NCBI RefSeq assembly: GCF_030684315.1
Contig: NC_081359.1
Coordinates: forward strand, 23,818,184-23,882,183
Length of the DNA stretch: 64,000 nucleotides
Origin: Stegostoma tigrinum
Taxonomy: Eukaryota
Direction of reading: 5' to 3'
Part shown: piece after piece, positions 25,318 through 37,891 of the stretch
Layout: each line of letters begins with the position of its first letter
Position numbering within the stretch: the stretch's first letter is position 1
The notes under the pieces: model-generated
Told to the model about the DNA's origin: nothing
The model's input: only the letters and a program-made list of their open reading frames with translations
Databases searched by the model: none
Made by a program: the position numbers and the translations under genes

Positions 25318-26345
25318 CTTTTGTGCTCCTGAGATGCTGCTTGGCCTGCTGTGTTCATCCAGCCTCACATTTTATTATCTTGGAATTCTCCAGCATCTGC
25401 AGTTCCCATTATCTCTGGACTGTAACCTGGTATTATATGACTTCTTACTTTGTCCAGCCCAGAACAATACCGGCACCTTCATATCATGGCACTTAGGTCC
25501 CTTTTAAATCTTTCCCCTCTCACCTTAAACCTATTCCCTCTAGTTTTGGACTCCCCTACCCCAGGGGAAAAAAACCTTGACTATTCATCTTATCCATGCC
25601 CCTCATGATTTTCCAAACTTTCATAAGGTCACCCCTCAGCTTCCGATGCTCCAGGATAAACTGAAAGAAATTCTTACTTGAAATGTATGATTGAATTGTT
25701 TCATGGTCATCATTGCTTTCAGTTTTAGATTTTCTGATTGTAGGTTATTAGCTGTTATAGTAAAATTTAAACCTGATCAAGACAGAGAATTAGCCCAGGC
25801 CTCGAGTCTAATGAAATTACCATTAAATCACCACTTTGAGGCTGTGGTTAAATTGTAGTTGGGAAGGCTGGAACAGTGCATGGGAGGCTAGTACGATGCA
25901 TATTGAATCAACCGTGTAGACCTTCTCCTGCTGGCTCAATGGTGTGAAATTTGAAACTCATTAAAATTTCATTGTAGATTTGTTAGTCACTTTGGGACCC
26001 ATTAAGTATCCTAAACTGGGATGACATTCATCAGCCATAGATTTATCAATAGGGGTTCTTCCATATCTCTAAAGGCCAGAATACATATGTTGAATGAGCA
26101 TATGATCCTGAACTGCCCACAATAATCATGACTGACAGTCCAGCACAAAACTATTGATTAAAACGTCTTTTAAATAACATTTATATCAAGAACTCATTTT
26201 TCTTTCAATTCAATGTAAAATAAGTCCCATAGTACTGTCTTCAAGAAGAAAGTTGTTCAATGCCTCTTACCCAATATTTGTCTCTCAATCAAAATCAGAA
26301 AAAAAATCTAGTCATCATCACATTATTATTCGTTGACATTATCTG

Positions 26346-26948
26346 CTGCACCTCCCGGTCGCGAACCATTTTAACTCCCCCTCTCATTCCTCAGACAACA
26401 TGTCCATCCTGGGCCTCCTGCAGTACCACAACGATGCCACCCGAAGGTTGCAGGAACAGCAACTCATATTTCACTCGGGAACCCTGCAGCCCAATGGTAT
26501 CAATGTGGACTTCACAAGCTTCAAAATTTCCCCTCCCCCACCATATCCCAAAACCAGCCCAGTTTGTCCCCTCCTCCCTAACCTGTCCTTCCTCCCACCT
26601 ATACCCACCTCCCACCTCAAGCCCCTCCCCCATCTCCTACCTAATAACCTCATCCTGCCCACTTGACCTGTCCATCGTCCCTGGACTGACCTAACTCCTC
26701 CCTAACTCCCCAACTACACTCACCTTTACTGGCTCCATCCCCAACTCTTTGACCTGTCGATCTCTTCGCCACCTATCTTCTCCTTGATCCATCTTCTATC
26801 CGCCTCCCCCTCTCTCCCTATTTATTTCAGAACTTACTTCCCCTCCCCCATTTCTGAAGAAGGGTCTCGGCCCGAAACATCAGCCTTCCTGCTCCTCTGA
26901 TGCTGCTTGGCCGGCTGTGTTCATCTAGCTCTACGCCTTGTTATCTCA
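26346..26948 (+). mobile_element. Penelope element 3' fragment (family A relative)
   Basis: MSILGLLQYHNDATRRLQEQQLIFHSGTLQPNGINVDFTSFKI nearly matches the end of the main PLE ORF; ctgaagaagggtctcggcccgaaacatc at 26854-26881. Confidence 0.92.
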
Positions 26949-29669
26949 CCTAAATATCTGTATTGGGCTTTGTTTTCTAGCTGATCAAGCAAGGCGTTAG
27001 GAGGTCAGTTTGTCTTCAGTCTCCTTTGATGCTAATAACTGCTGACTTGAATATAGTGTTCTATCTGTTCGCTGACCCATAGTACTGACACATTGCATCA
27101 GTGTAATTTTCTCTGTTTACACTTTATTAGCAGATTAAGAGAAGTCTATGTGAATGGTTCCCATATTACTACATTGTTGCAATAGTAATTAATGTTCAGT
27201 GTTGGAAAATCCCAGCTGATTCCTTTCAGAAAGATAATCTGCTATCCTTATATAGTCTGGTTTACATGTGATTCTAGACTCACAGCTATGTGATTGATTC
27301 TTGTCCTCGAGGCAGTTAGGGATGGGCAATAAGTGCAAATAAGAAGAAGCCTTAGTAGCTGAAAGATAATGATCTAGTTTATCCTAATACTTCCTAGAAT
27401 CAGGGAACCATGTAAGGAGCAGTCTGCTTCAACATTCGGCTAGTTAGACTTTTCTGAAGAAAAGTGATCTTTGCAAGATGTTTTGCTTGTTTAATTTTCC
27501 TTCTTATTTTCTTCCCTTCCTCCTTAAATGGGTGAGCCCGTATTGTGAGATTATGCCCTCTGATCCTAGAATCTTCCACAAGGTGGAACAATATTTCCCA
27601 TCTTCCTTTTCAAGCCCCTGAAGAATCTTAAAAGTTTCAACAAGGTTGCCTCTCATTCTTCGAAACTCCAGTGAGTACAGGGGTTATAGTTTTCAATTTT
27701 CTTTGAAATAAGTTGCATTAAGTGTGTGGTAAGTAAACACTGGATAATAATGCATCTTTGGCATTAAATGCCGTAATGGCTTTTCTTCTCCACATTTGCG
27801 CACCTTTCTCCAGGAGAACTCTCTACTTCAGTCACTTTTACCCGTTGGACACTAAACCTCTTTATAGGCACAACCCTCATACACTGTAGATGTAGCACGC
27901 TGTCATGCTTTAAGATACACTTTCCCAAGTTGTAGATTATGACCCCCCTCTCACCTCCACAATGGAACCGTGAGATAAGTTTTTGGGGTCATTAGCTGTG
28001 AAACAAAATGGCTGCTGTCTAGATTGGACTGATTTCTGACAGTTGTGAGGTCCCTTAAAATCCTGGCATTTATCTCTGTAAGCGTGCATGACCTAATGGG
28101 CTGCTCTCTGATGCCCCTTGTCGCTGTCGGGAAACATGTGAAAAGATAGATGCATTTTCGTTGAAACCCTCAGATACTGAAACGTTCCTTTTCTCCCACT
28201 TGACAGCTCTCATATGCCCCTCAAATATTCACTGGGATCATGCTAAATTTCAAGCATTAAAATGGGGTCACACAAAGAAAGCACTTGCAAGTTGATTCCC
28301 CTTCTTAATCTCTTCTTTTATACATCACCAGTTTTCCTCAACAATTTTTTAAGTGTCTTAGGACATTTATTCTGCTAAAGGTGCTTTCCAAATTCCTGCT
28401 GTAATTAATATTCTTCATTTCCATCAACTGTTTCGCACTTACCCCAATAATTAAATGCCTATGTGGTGTAAGCCACATGTTCACATTTCAGAGATGAAAG
28501 TTAATTTGCATATGCATACAATATCTAATTTTATCCAGTCTAAAAAATAGAGGGAACATTTTGCAGTGTATTGTGCCATTTTGTTCGTGAGATCACATTA
28601 TCACTGCGAAAGTGGACACTGAATGGAAACAGCAAGATCAATAATAGCAGCTAAGCCAACTTTGGCAATTTGAAGACTTTGAGATTCCATACCCTGGAGA
28701 CAATAACAGCTACCATCACCTCACTTGGAGAATGATTACATGCAATTATGGAGGAAGGGTCCATTCTTCCACATGACATCAACACCTTGCATTTATATTG
28801 CATCTTCATTGTAATGAAACATTACGAGGTATTTTTCTTCAGGAAGTTTACAAATACATGTTAGGGGACTCAAAAAGAGATTTTTGGGCAGGTGACCAAA
28901 GCCTTGGTTAATTTAGTATTTTTTAAGGATTACTTTAAAGATGTAAAGACAGGAGAATGGTACTCAGGAATGAATGGGCTAAGTCCTGTGCCAACTGAAG
29001 GAATGGCTACTGAATAGCAAACACAGAGAACACTGAATAATCTCAACAGAGATCATCATCTGTGGCAAGAAATAAACTTCAATGTTTTGACTCTGGTTTT
29101 GCTCTTCTTTAGACCTGCTGGAAACCTGCAGAACATCCCCAGCATTCTCTGTGTTTGTTTCAGATTTCCAGCAACTACAGTATTTTACATTTATTCCAGT
29201 GTTTAATTTACTGCCACTTCTTTTCCAGCTATGCCAACCTTGAAGATGTTCTGCTCTTCTCTCTGACAGGATTTCTATTTTATCTTTTAGCTTGTACACC
29301 TTCCAGCTTTCTATCTCCCTGTTAGCATTGGATAACTTTTGAAGAGGAGTTTAAAAGGTACTGTTGGAGGAAACTTGGTGAGTTGCTTTAGTGCATCTTG
29401 AAGATGGCATACTTATTGTTTTTGTATATCAGTGGTGTAAGGATTCAAAGGTGAAGGTGGATGATGTGCCAATCAAGTGTTCTGCTTTGTCCTGAATGGT
29501 GTCCAGTTTCTTAAGTATTGCTGAAGCTGCACTCATCCAAACGCATGGTGAGTATTCCATCATGTTCCTGACTTGTTCTTGCATGTAGTCGGCAGACATC
29601 AAGAGACGGGGGTGGGGGAAGGAGTTACTCACAGTGAAATTCTTAGCCCCTGATGTGCATTCTAATTTT

Positions 29670-31720
29670 TTTTTGTTTTTTTCATTTGTGGGATGTGAGT
29701 GTTGCTGACTGGCCAGCATTTATTGCCTGTCTATAGTTAAGACCATAAGGCCATTCAGGCCATCGAGTCCACTCCGCCATTTAATCATGGCTGATGGGCA
29801 TTTCAACTCCACTTCCCTGCACTCTCCCCGCAGCCCTTGATTCCTTGTGAGATAACGAATTTATCAATCTCTGCCTCGAAGACATTTAACGTCCCGGCCT
29901 CCACTGCGCTCCGTGGCAACAAATTCCACAGGCCCACCACTCTCTGGCTGAGGAAATGCCTCCTCATTTCCGTTTTGAATTTACCCCCTCTAATTCTAAG
30001 GCTGTGCCCACAAGTTGCCCTTGAGAAGGTGGTGGTGAGCTGCCTTCTTGAATTGCTGCAGTTCATCGGCTGTGGGTTGACCCACACTGCCATCAGGGAG
30101 GGAATTCCAAGATTTTGAACCTGCGACAGTGAAGGAACGTCAATATATCTCCAAATTAGGATGGTTTGTGGCTTGGAGGGGAACTTGGAGGTGGTGTAGT
30201 TCCCATTTATCCTTCTACATAAAAGTGGTTGTGGGTTTGGAAGGTGCTGTCTGAGGATCTTTGGTGAATTTATACAATGCATCTCGTCGACAGTACACAC
30301 TGCTGCTACAGAACTTTAGTGGTGGGGGGAGTGGACGCTTGTGGATGCAGTGCCGATCAAGCGTGCTGCTTTGTCCTGGGTGGTGTCGAGCTTCTTTAGT
30401 GTTCTTGGGTCTGCAGTCATCCAGGCATGTGGGGAGTAATCCATCACATGTCCCTGACATGGGCCTTGTTGATGGGGAGTCAGGAGGTGAATTACTCTCT
30501 GCAGTATTCCTAGCTTCTGACCTGTTCTTGTACCTACTGTCACTGATAACCCCCAGGATGTTGATAGTGGGGGATTCAGTGATGGTAACACCATTGAATG
30601 CCAAGGGGCAGTGGCTAGATTGTTTCTTATTTGTGGTGGTTGTAGCCTGGCATTTGTGTAGTGCGAATGTTACTTGCCACTCATCAACCCAAGCCGGGAA
30701 ATTGTCCAGATCTTGTCACATTTGAACATGGACTGCTTCAGTATCTGAGGAGTCGTGAATGGTGCTGCATTGTGCAATCATCAGCAAATAGCCCCACTTC
30801 TGACTGCATGAGGGACGGAAGGTAATTTATGAAGCAGCTGTAGATATTTGGGCCTAGGACACTACCCTGAGCAACTCCTGCAGAGATGCCCTGGAGCTGA
30901 GTTGACTGACTTCCAACAACCACAAACATCTTCCTACGTGTCAGATATGACCTCAACCAGTGGAGAGTTTGCTTCCCGATACCCATTGATTCCAGTTTTG
31001 CTAAGGCTCTTTGATGCTGCAGTCAGTCAAGTACAGCCTCAATGTCAAGGGCTGTCACTCTCACCTCATCTCTGGAATTTAGCTCTTTTGTCCATGTTTG
31101 AACCAAGGCTGTGATGAGATCAGGAGTAGAGGGGGCCCGGTAGAACACAATCTGGGTGTCACTGAGCAGGTTATTGCTGAGCAGGTGCTGTTTGATAGCA
31201 CTGTTGATGACACCTTCCATCATTTACTGATGATTGAGAATAGACAATGAGGTGGTAATTGGTCAGGTTGGATTTGTCCCTTTTTTATGTACAGGGCATG
31301 TTTGGGAAATTATCAGAAAGATGTCTGTGTTGTAACTGTACTGGAACAGCTTGGCTAGGAGACCAACAAGTCCTGGAGCAGTACTATTGCCGGAAAGTTG
31401 TCTAGCCCCATAGCCTTTGCAGTATCCAGTGTCTCCAACAGTTTCTTGCTATCACGTGGAGTGAATCAAATAGACTGAAGGTTGTTATCTATGATGCTGG
31501 GGACTACTGGAGGAAGCTGACATGCATCATCCATTTGGTACTCCTGGCTGAATCTCGCTACAAAAGTTTCCACTTTATCTTTTGTACTGATGTGCTGGGC
31601 TCTTCCATCTTTGAGGATGAGGATACTTGTAGAACATGCTCTTCCAGTGAGTTGTTTAACAGTCCTCCACCATTCACGACTGGATGTGGCAGGATTGCGG
31701 AGCTTACATCTGATTCAGTC
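29670..31720 (-). mobile_element. CR1-like LINE family 2, decayed RT; nested in an older copy (~29320-29665 and ~31790-32450)
   Basis: RT motifs in frameshifted pieces: APDLI-like STPDLITALVQTW...ALDI, GVAQGSVLGP...FADDCT and LKKLDTTQDKAARLI. T-rich 3' tail near 29670. Confidence 0.85.
29739..30012 (-). mobile_element. CR1 3' fragment nested in the family-2 LINE tail
   Basis: Peptide GHSLRIRGGKFKTEMRRHFLSQRVVGLWN; agtt duplicated at 29735-29738 and 30013-30016. Confidence 0.85.
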
Positions 31721-32867
31721 TGATGCAATTTCTGCTCCATGGTGACCTTTTTCCACATTGTCAGATGGAAGTCAGTATTGTAGCAGTTTTTAGACAACTT
31801 GGCCAGGTGCTTGGCAAATTCTGTCTGTCGACAAACTCTTCAACATTATTACTGGAATGTTGTCAGGGCCTGTAGCTTTTACAGCACCCAGTGTCTTCAG
31901 CACTTTCTTGAAATCACATGGAGTAAATTAAGTTGGACGAGGATTGAAATTTGCACTACTGGGGACTTCAAGAGGAGGTCAAGATGGATCTTCCACACAG
32001 CACTTTCAGCTGAAGATGAACGTTAGTACTTCAGCGTTGTCTTTTGCATTGAATAGTAACATTGAGGATTTGGATATATGTAAAGCTTCTACTGCCTATT
32101 AGTGATTTAATTGCCCATCATCATTTACTACTGGATATGACAGGACTGCAGAGCTTAGATTGATACATTGGTTGTGGGATCACTTAGCCCTGTCTTCCAC
32201 TGTGTTATAGCATCACCAGCCTGACATTTCATTTTCGGTATGCCTGGTGCTACTGCTAGAATGGCCTCTAGCCTTCTTAAGTATACCAGGCTTTATGTCT
32301 TGCATTGATTGTCGCAGTGGAGTGGGTATATGCCAGGCTATGAAATTACAAATTGTGGTTGAATGCAATTCTACTGCTGCTGACAAATGGCAAAATCCTA
32401 TCGATGCCCAGTGGATATCCGTTAAGTTGCTCAATCTATTTGAAGTCTTTCACAGTTAGCACTGATGTGACTTGAAACCATGTCCCCTGGACATTAATCT
32501 GTGGCTCTTAGATTACAAGTCCAGTGACATTACAACTATGCCATTGCCTCCCCCACTGGAGCCATCAACTCCACTTTGTGATTTAAGAGGCACAGGCTGA
32601 CTGAAGAAAGTGAAGGTTGGATCCAATCTGGAAGGAATACTGGATTATTTGAGACTGAAATTTGTTCAGAAGGCAACTTAAAATGGGACAATCCTGAATC
32701 AGCAGCTATTTGTTATTCTGCCATTGTTCTTTCTCAATCTGGTGGAATATATTCAATTTGCTCATTTTCTACTAACCCTAAAAATGATTTTATGGCCCAT
32801 TATTTCTTCTGTCAGTATTCAATGAGAGCTAACAGCTTTTATCTACAGACTTTATCATAGGTGGAGT

Positions 32868-33078
32868 TTGGTTAGCTCAGTTGGCTGGAATGTTGGTGTA
32901 TGATACAGAGGAACGATAAAAACATTGGTTCAATTCCGACACAGTTTGAGGTCCCATGAATGACTCTCCTCTCACCTAGGTATTATGATCCTGAGGTTGA
33001 ACCACCACCAGTTGTCTCTGTTTTGAATCAGAGAGGAACCCAATGGTCCAGCAGGACTGTCAATGACTTCATCTTTAT
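32868..33078 (+). mobile_element. tRNA-derived SINE
   Basis: A-box-like ggttagctcagttgg and B-box-like ggttcaattcc followed by a non-tRNA body. Confidence 0.65.
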
Positions 33079-34129
33079 TGTAGTGTGGAATACTGGGGTG
33101 ACATATTCAACTATGGTATCATAAAAAATGCATTGCTTGGCAAGTTTCTATTCCATTTGCATAAGAAACTTTCATGACTTCTCTCTTCATCCATCAGAAC
33201 TTGGATCTGCTGCCACACACAAAAAAACGAGAGAATAGTCACAAATGATACATTATCTATACCCCAAAAACAAAACGTGAAAAATGTAGACACAATGTTC
33301 AATGTCATTAAGGCTGACCCATGCAAGAATTGACCCAAAGAAACTATGTCAACTGCAAAATAACAGTGCAAATGCATGACTGAAAGTAATTAGGTTGATT
33401 TTGGGCTAATTTTGGACCTCAGCTGCTGTGACTGGAAAAATGTAATATATGTTCTATTTCCAGCTTCTCTTGAGACTCCTTAATTAAGTTATCCTATTCT
33501 TTCATTAGTTATCCTGGCTATAGACACATTAACCTCAATAGATAAGGAGAAGATTGTCAGGTGTGAGTAGCTAAACACTGTTAAAGAACTCAGAAACACA
33601 TGAAAGTGGAGGTGCTCACTGACATTTTTTTTATATAAGGAAAGAATGCCATTGGAGGAGGATGCATCCTGGAATCTTGGGATAATCCTCAGTAATTGGG
33701 AAAGGAAAGTTTAGGGAAGGCCTGACTGCAAGTGGTGGTGAGAAGGACAGTGCGCTGATGGATTCCTTGAAATACTGGGTAAGTCAGTTCATTCAATCTG
33801 GTCTGCATGCAGTGCTGGAGAAGATATTCAACGAGATACTGCAAGCCCCTACTTCACTTTCATTGCTGTATTTCCCAGAAAATGTTAACTTCACCTTTCA
33901 AAGGAAGTCACATATATATAGCCCTAACAATGGCAGAACATTTGAACCCCAATTACAAATGTGGCAACCATATGCACATCATGCTAGAGACAAGTTCAAC
34001 ATATTTAAGGTCAAAACTTACACCGCATTCCCCTTACTACCCATTGTGTAGTTGGGAGCTGAGAAATAGGAGGGGACGGGATATTAGAGTTGATACCAGT
34101 GTCCTTGCTATTCAGGATTTTATGTGTTG

Positions 34130-35203
34130 AAGCAATAGCATATTTTGTTTATGTTATACCTTTATTCAACAAAGTGTCTCAAAGTGGATCACAGGAGCTT
34201 TTTAAAACAAAATATGACACTGAACTGCATAAGCCATGAAGTTGAATAACCACAAGCTTTGTCTAAAAAGTAAGATTTAAAGAGAGCTTTAAGATAGGAA
34301 AGTGGGGCAGAGATTTGGAGGTTTGAGAATGGAATTGTAAAGCTTTGAAACCATGTAAAGAAAGGCACAGTCATCAATAGTTGGATGATTAAAATCATAG
34401 ATATTCATTTTTTGGGGAGTTATTGGTCTGGTAAATGTTAGAGAAATCAGGAAGTGTTTGCAACAAAGGATAAGCATTTTAAAGTCAAGCTGTTGTGTGA
34501 TTTGGAGCCAATGTGGATCAATGACCATGGGGATGGGACATGGCGAAAGTTAGGTTGTAGGAAGCAGAGATTTGGATTATCTCATGCTTCTGGGGGAATG
34601 CATGTGGGAGATTAGCCAGTAGTATGTTGTAAAAGATAGGTCTTGAGGTAAAAACAAAGGCATGGATGAGGATTTCAACCGCAGGTGGGCTGAGATGGGG
34701 CAAAGGCAGACAACATTACGGAGGTAGAAAAAGACAGTCTGAGTGTTGGCATGTTAAATAACTCTGCAGAGGCTGGTATTCCATCATCAAGTCACCCCTT
34801 ATTTACACATGGAAAGTACTTGACACTGATCCAGCTCCCTCAGAGTCAGCTATCAGAGTGAAGAGGATGTCTGACACTCCTGTTCTTATCTGTAAGCCAG
34901 AACTCCCTGATTGGACCAGATTAACAGCCCCAATCATGGAACTCATATTCTATGAGCTCCACCTTGCTCACCTTGTTACAATCACTACAGCAAGAATATG
35001 AGATTGTAAGCCAACCTTGGGGCTCATTCATTTGAGTTAACAGATTTGGCTTAATTTTATGCTGCTATCTGGGCATGAAATTAAGGTGCTTGCTAAGTAA
35101 TGGAGTTTGGAGAATGAGCCAAGGACAGTGTATTTGGCCTAATTGAAGGAAAGTGATGGATGTTAGAAAAGCAGTCTGTCAATTTTGCAACATTAGTGGG
35201 GTT
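34130..35203 (-). mobile_element. L2 LINE fragment interrupted by a solo LTR
   Basis: Minus-strand peptides PHLSPPAVEILIHAFV..SR..YNILLANLP and HWLQITQQLDFKMLIL resemble L2 ORF2 motifs AFVTSRLDY and LHWLP. Confidence 0.8.
34752..34989 (-). mobile_element. Short solo LTR (~240 bp)
   Basis: TGT...ACA termini and CCAAT boxes. It splits an L2, with gca on both sides, and has a second copy at about 59553-59765. Confidence 0.75.
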
Positions 35204-35979
35204 GAGAAAATCAGGAGGTGCCCCTCCATATTGCTCCCACTCTTGACATTAGCTTCAAAATTTCCCACAAAAATTACTCTCCATGCATTAATCAGGCCGG
35301 CAGTCAACAGAGTCCTTGACTTCATGTCAAGCACTTGTCATTGATTAAACTTAAGAGCAGAATGCTGTTCAATACTGCAATTAAGAAAGCTGGTTGTGAA
35401 AACACATAATCTGAAACTATTGCTATTTTTGGAAAGCATGATGAGGGAAGAAAACAATCTCGGCATTTGTATGAGTCTGAACATCTGTTTTGTTGCCCAT
35501 CAGTACTTTCACTTATTGATCAATTCAACATCATTGTCTTGTAATCAGTTCTGAAGAATACTTCATCAGTGTTGCAAATCAAACCAAACAATAATGTAAT
35601 TTGTGAGGTAATGAATGTCACATGACAAGTTGTGCACCTACGTCAAATTTTAGAATCTTATGAAGAATAAATATAAATGACAATTCAAAGCATGTATTCT
35701 CTCTTCTCTTTCTAAAATACTCAAGGAAAAATTAAACAATAAAGAAAATTTTGGCTGACAATCAGTGTCTTAAAAATCATGTGTTGTTGTACTACGTTAT
35801 GTATTCACTCAGGGAATCTAAATTCTACATGAATGTCTGGAGTTATTGAGGTGAGGAGGTTTCACAGCTCCCCCTTTTAAACCATTTGGTCAGTGGCAAC
35901 AAATACCATTTTGTTATTCACTTTTTAACATGTAGACATCACACTTCAATTAAAATTAGTTTACTAGATCAAAAATGAA

Positions 35980-37845
35980 CGAAAACAAAATTGCTGAAAA
36001 AGCTCATGGGGAGTATTTTTTATGGGAAATTTGGAAGCTAATGACAAGACTGGGAGCAATATGGAGGGGCACCTCCTGATTCTCTGGCAGCATCTGTCGA
36101 GGAGAAAACAGAGTTAACGTGTCGAGCCCAGTGACCCTTCCTCAGAACTGATGGTGGCTGGGAACATGTCAGTTTATATGCAGAAAATAGGGAGGTGGGT
36201 GGGGTAGGGAGTAAATTATTAGATTAGAGCCCAAAGGGAGAGAAAGACAGTTGGACAGACAAAGGAGTTGCTAACGGGGGAGGGTGTGTAGTTGGTAATG
36301 GAGACTGTTAGTGACTAACAACAGTGGGTGTGTAATGGCAGGCTATGTGGTGACAAGGCCTGGTGTGTGGGGTTGGGGGTTGGGACATGGGCAAGCTGAG
36401 GTCCTAAAATGATTGAACTCAACATTGAGTCCGGAGACCTGTAGGGTCCCCTAGTGGAGAATGAGTTGTTGTTCCTCCAGCTTGCACTGGGTTTCACTGG
36501 AACACTGTAGAAAGCCGGAGACAGAGATGTTGGCCTGGGAGCAGGGTGGTGGATTGAAGTAGCAGACAATAGGTAGTTTTTTCAGGGTCTTTTTTGCGAA
36601 CAGAACGTAGGTGCTCTGCGAAGTGGTCGCCAAGTCTACGCTTTGTTTCTCTATTGTAGAGGAGACCACATTGTGAGCAGTGAATGCAGTAGACTCGATT
36701 CTTGGAAGTTCAGGTGAAGTGTTGCTTCACCTGGAAGGTATGTTTGGGGTCTTGGATACTGGGGAGGGAGGAAGTAAATGTGCAGGTGTTACACCTTTGC
36801 CAGTTACAGGGGAAGGTGCCGTAGGGCTGCGGGGAAGTGTTGGGAGTGAAGGAGGTATGGACCAGGGTGTCCTGGAGGGAATGGTCCCTGCGGAAGGCAG
36901 ACAAGGGAGGGGAGGGGAATATGTGTCTGGTGATGGCAGAAATGGTGTCTGATGATCTTCTGGATGTGGATGCTGCTGGGCTGGTAGGTGAGGATAAGGG
37001 GGACCCTATCGCTGTTGCGGGAGGGAAGAGAAGGGGTAAGGGCAGAAGTGCGGGAGATGGGTCAGACCCACTTGAGGGCCCAGTCGACAACGGAGTTGGG
37101 GAATCCTCGGTTGAGGAAGAATGTGGACATTTTGGAGGCTCCCTTGTCGAACTTGGCCTCATCCGAACATATGCGATGGAGATGGAGGAACCAAGAGAAT
37201 GGGATGGAGCCTTTATAGGAAGTGGGGTGTGAGGATGTATAGTCCAGGTAGCTGTGGGGGTCGGTGGGTTTGTAATGGATGTTAGGGACCAGTCTATCCC
37301 CAGAAATAGAAACTGAAATGTCGAGGAAGGGAAGGGAGGAGTCAGAGATAGACCAGGTGAAAGTGATGGCAGGATGGAAATTGGAGGCGAAATTGATGAA
37401 GTTTTCCAATTCTAGACGAGAAAGGGAAGCAGCACCGATGATATCATCGATGTATTAGAGAAAGAGTTGTGGGTGGGGGCCGGAATAGGACTGTTACATG
37501 TACCCCACGAAGAGACAGGCATAACTAGGGCCCATGCGGGTACCCATGGCAACCCCTTTTACCTGAAGAAAATGAGAGGAGTTAAAAGAGAAGTTGTTGA
37601 GGGTGAGGACAAGCTTGGCCAAGTGGAGGAGGGTGGTGGTGGGTGGGCATGGTTCAGGTCTTTGCTCCAGGAAGAAGCAGAGAGCCCTAAGACCCTCCTG
37701 GTGGAGAATGGATGTGTAAAGGGATTGCACATCCATGGTAAAGTGAAGGTGGCTAGAGCCAGTAAACTGGAAACTTTGAAACCAGCGTAAGGTATCAGAT
37801 GAATCATGGACATATGTGGGTAGGGATTGGACCGGGGGGAGAACC
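35980..37845 (-). mobile_element. Penelope-like element family C, 5'-truncated and frameshifted
   Basis: Minus-strand peptides FTMDVQSLYTSI, GVAMGTRMGPSYACLFVGY, FHPAITFTWSISDSSLPFLDISV, GTFPCNWQRCNTC and LEEQQLI. Confidence 0.92.
36112..36149 (-). ncRNA. Minimal type I hammerhead ribozyme remnant (PLE family C)
   Basis: Minus strand reads agtt-CTGAGGA-a-gggtc-actg-ggctc-GACAC-GTT-aact: 4-bp helix I, 5-bp helix II, and GAAAC mutated to GACAC. Confidence 0.65.
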
Positions 37846-37891
37846 ATTTCTGAAGGTTTTGGTGAGAACCATTTCTGAAGGTTTTGGTGAG
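37839..37891 (+). repeat. 25-bp perfect tandem duplication
   Basis: gagaaccatttctgaaggttttggt occurs twice at the PLE 5' junction. Confidence 0.9.

Larger units (their letters stand above)
23083..25415 (+). mobile_element. Penelope-like retroelement (Neptune-type, family A), 5'-truncated, young
   Basis: Intact RT+GIY-YIG frame, C-rich 3' UTR, hammerhead-like core and 3' tail. 14-bp TSD tggactgtaacctg at 23069-23082 and 25416-25429. Confidence 0.95.

Noticed and set aside
27713-27890. 16-nt exon plus terminal exon on the plus strand
   Set aside because: Weak acceptor (ataag) and no recognisable product; not distinguishable from chance.
32868-32945. tRNA gene
   Set aside because: Only A/B boxes are present with no full cloverleaf, and it continues into a SINE body; the same applies at 7327.
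35204-36084. DNA transposon with 80-bp terminal inverted repeats
   Set aside because: The right repeat lies within a PLE terminus that continues on both sides of it, and there is no TSD.
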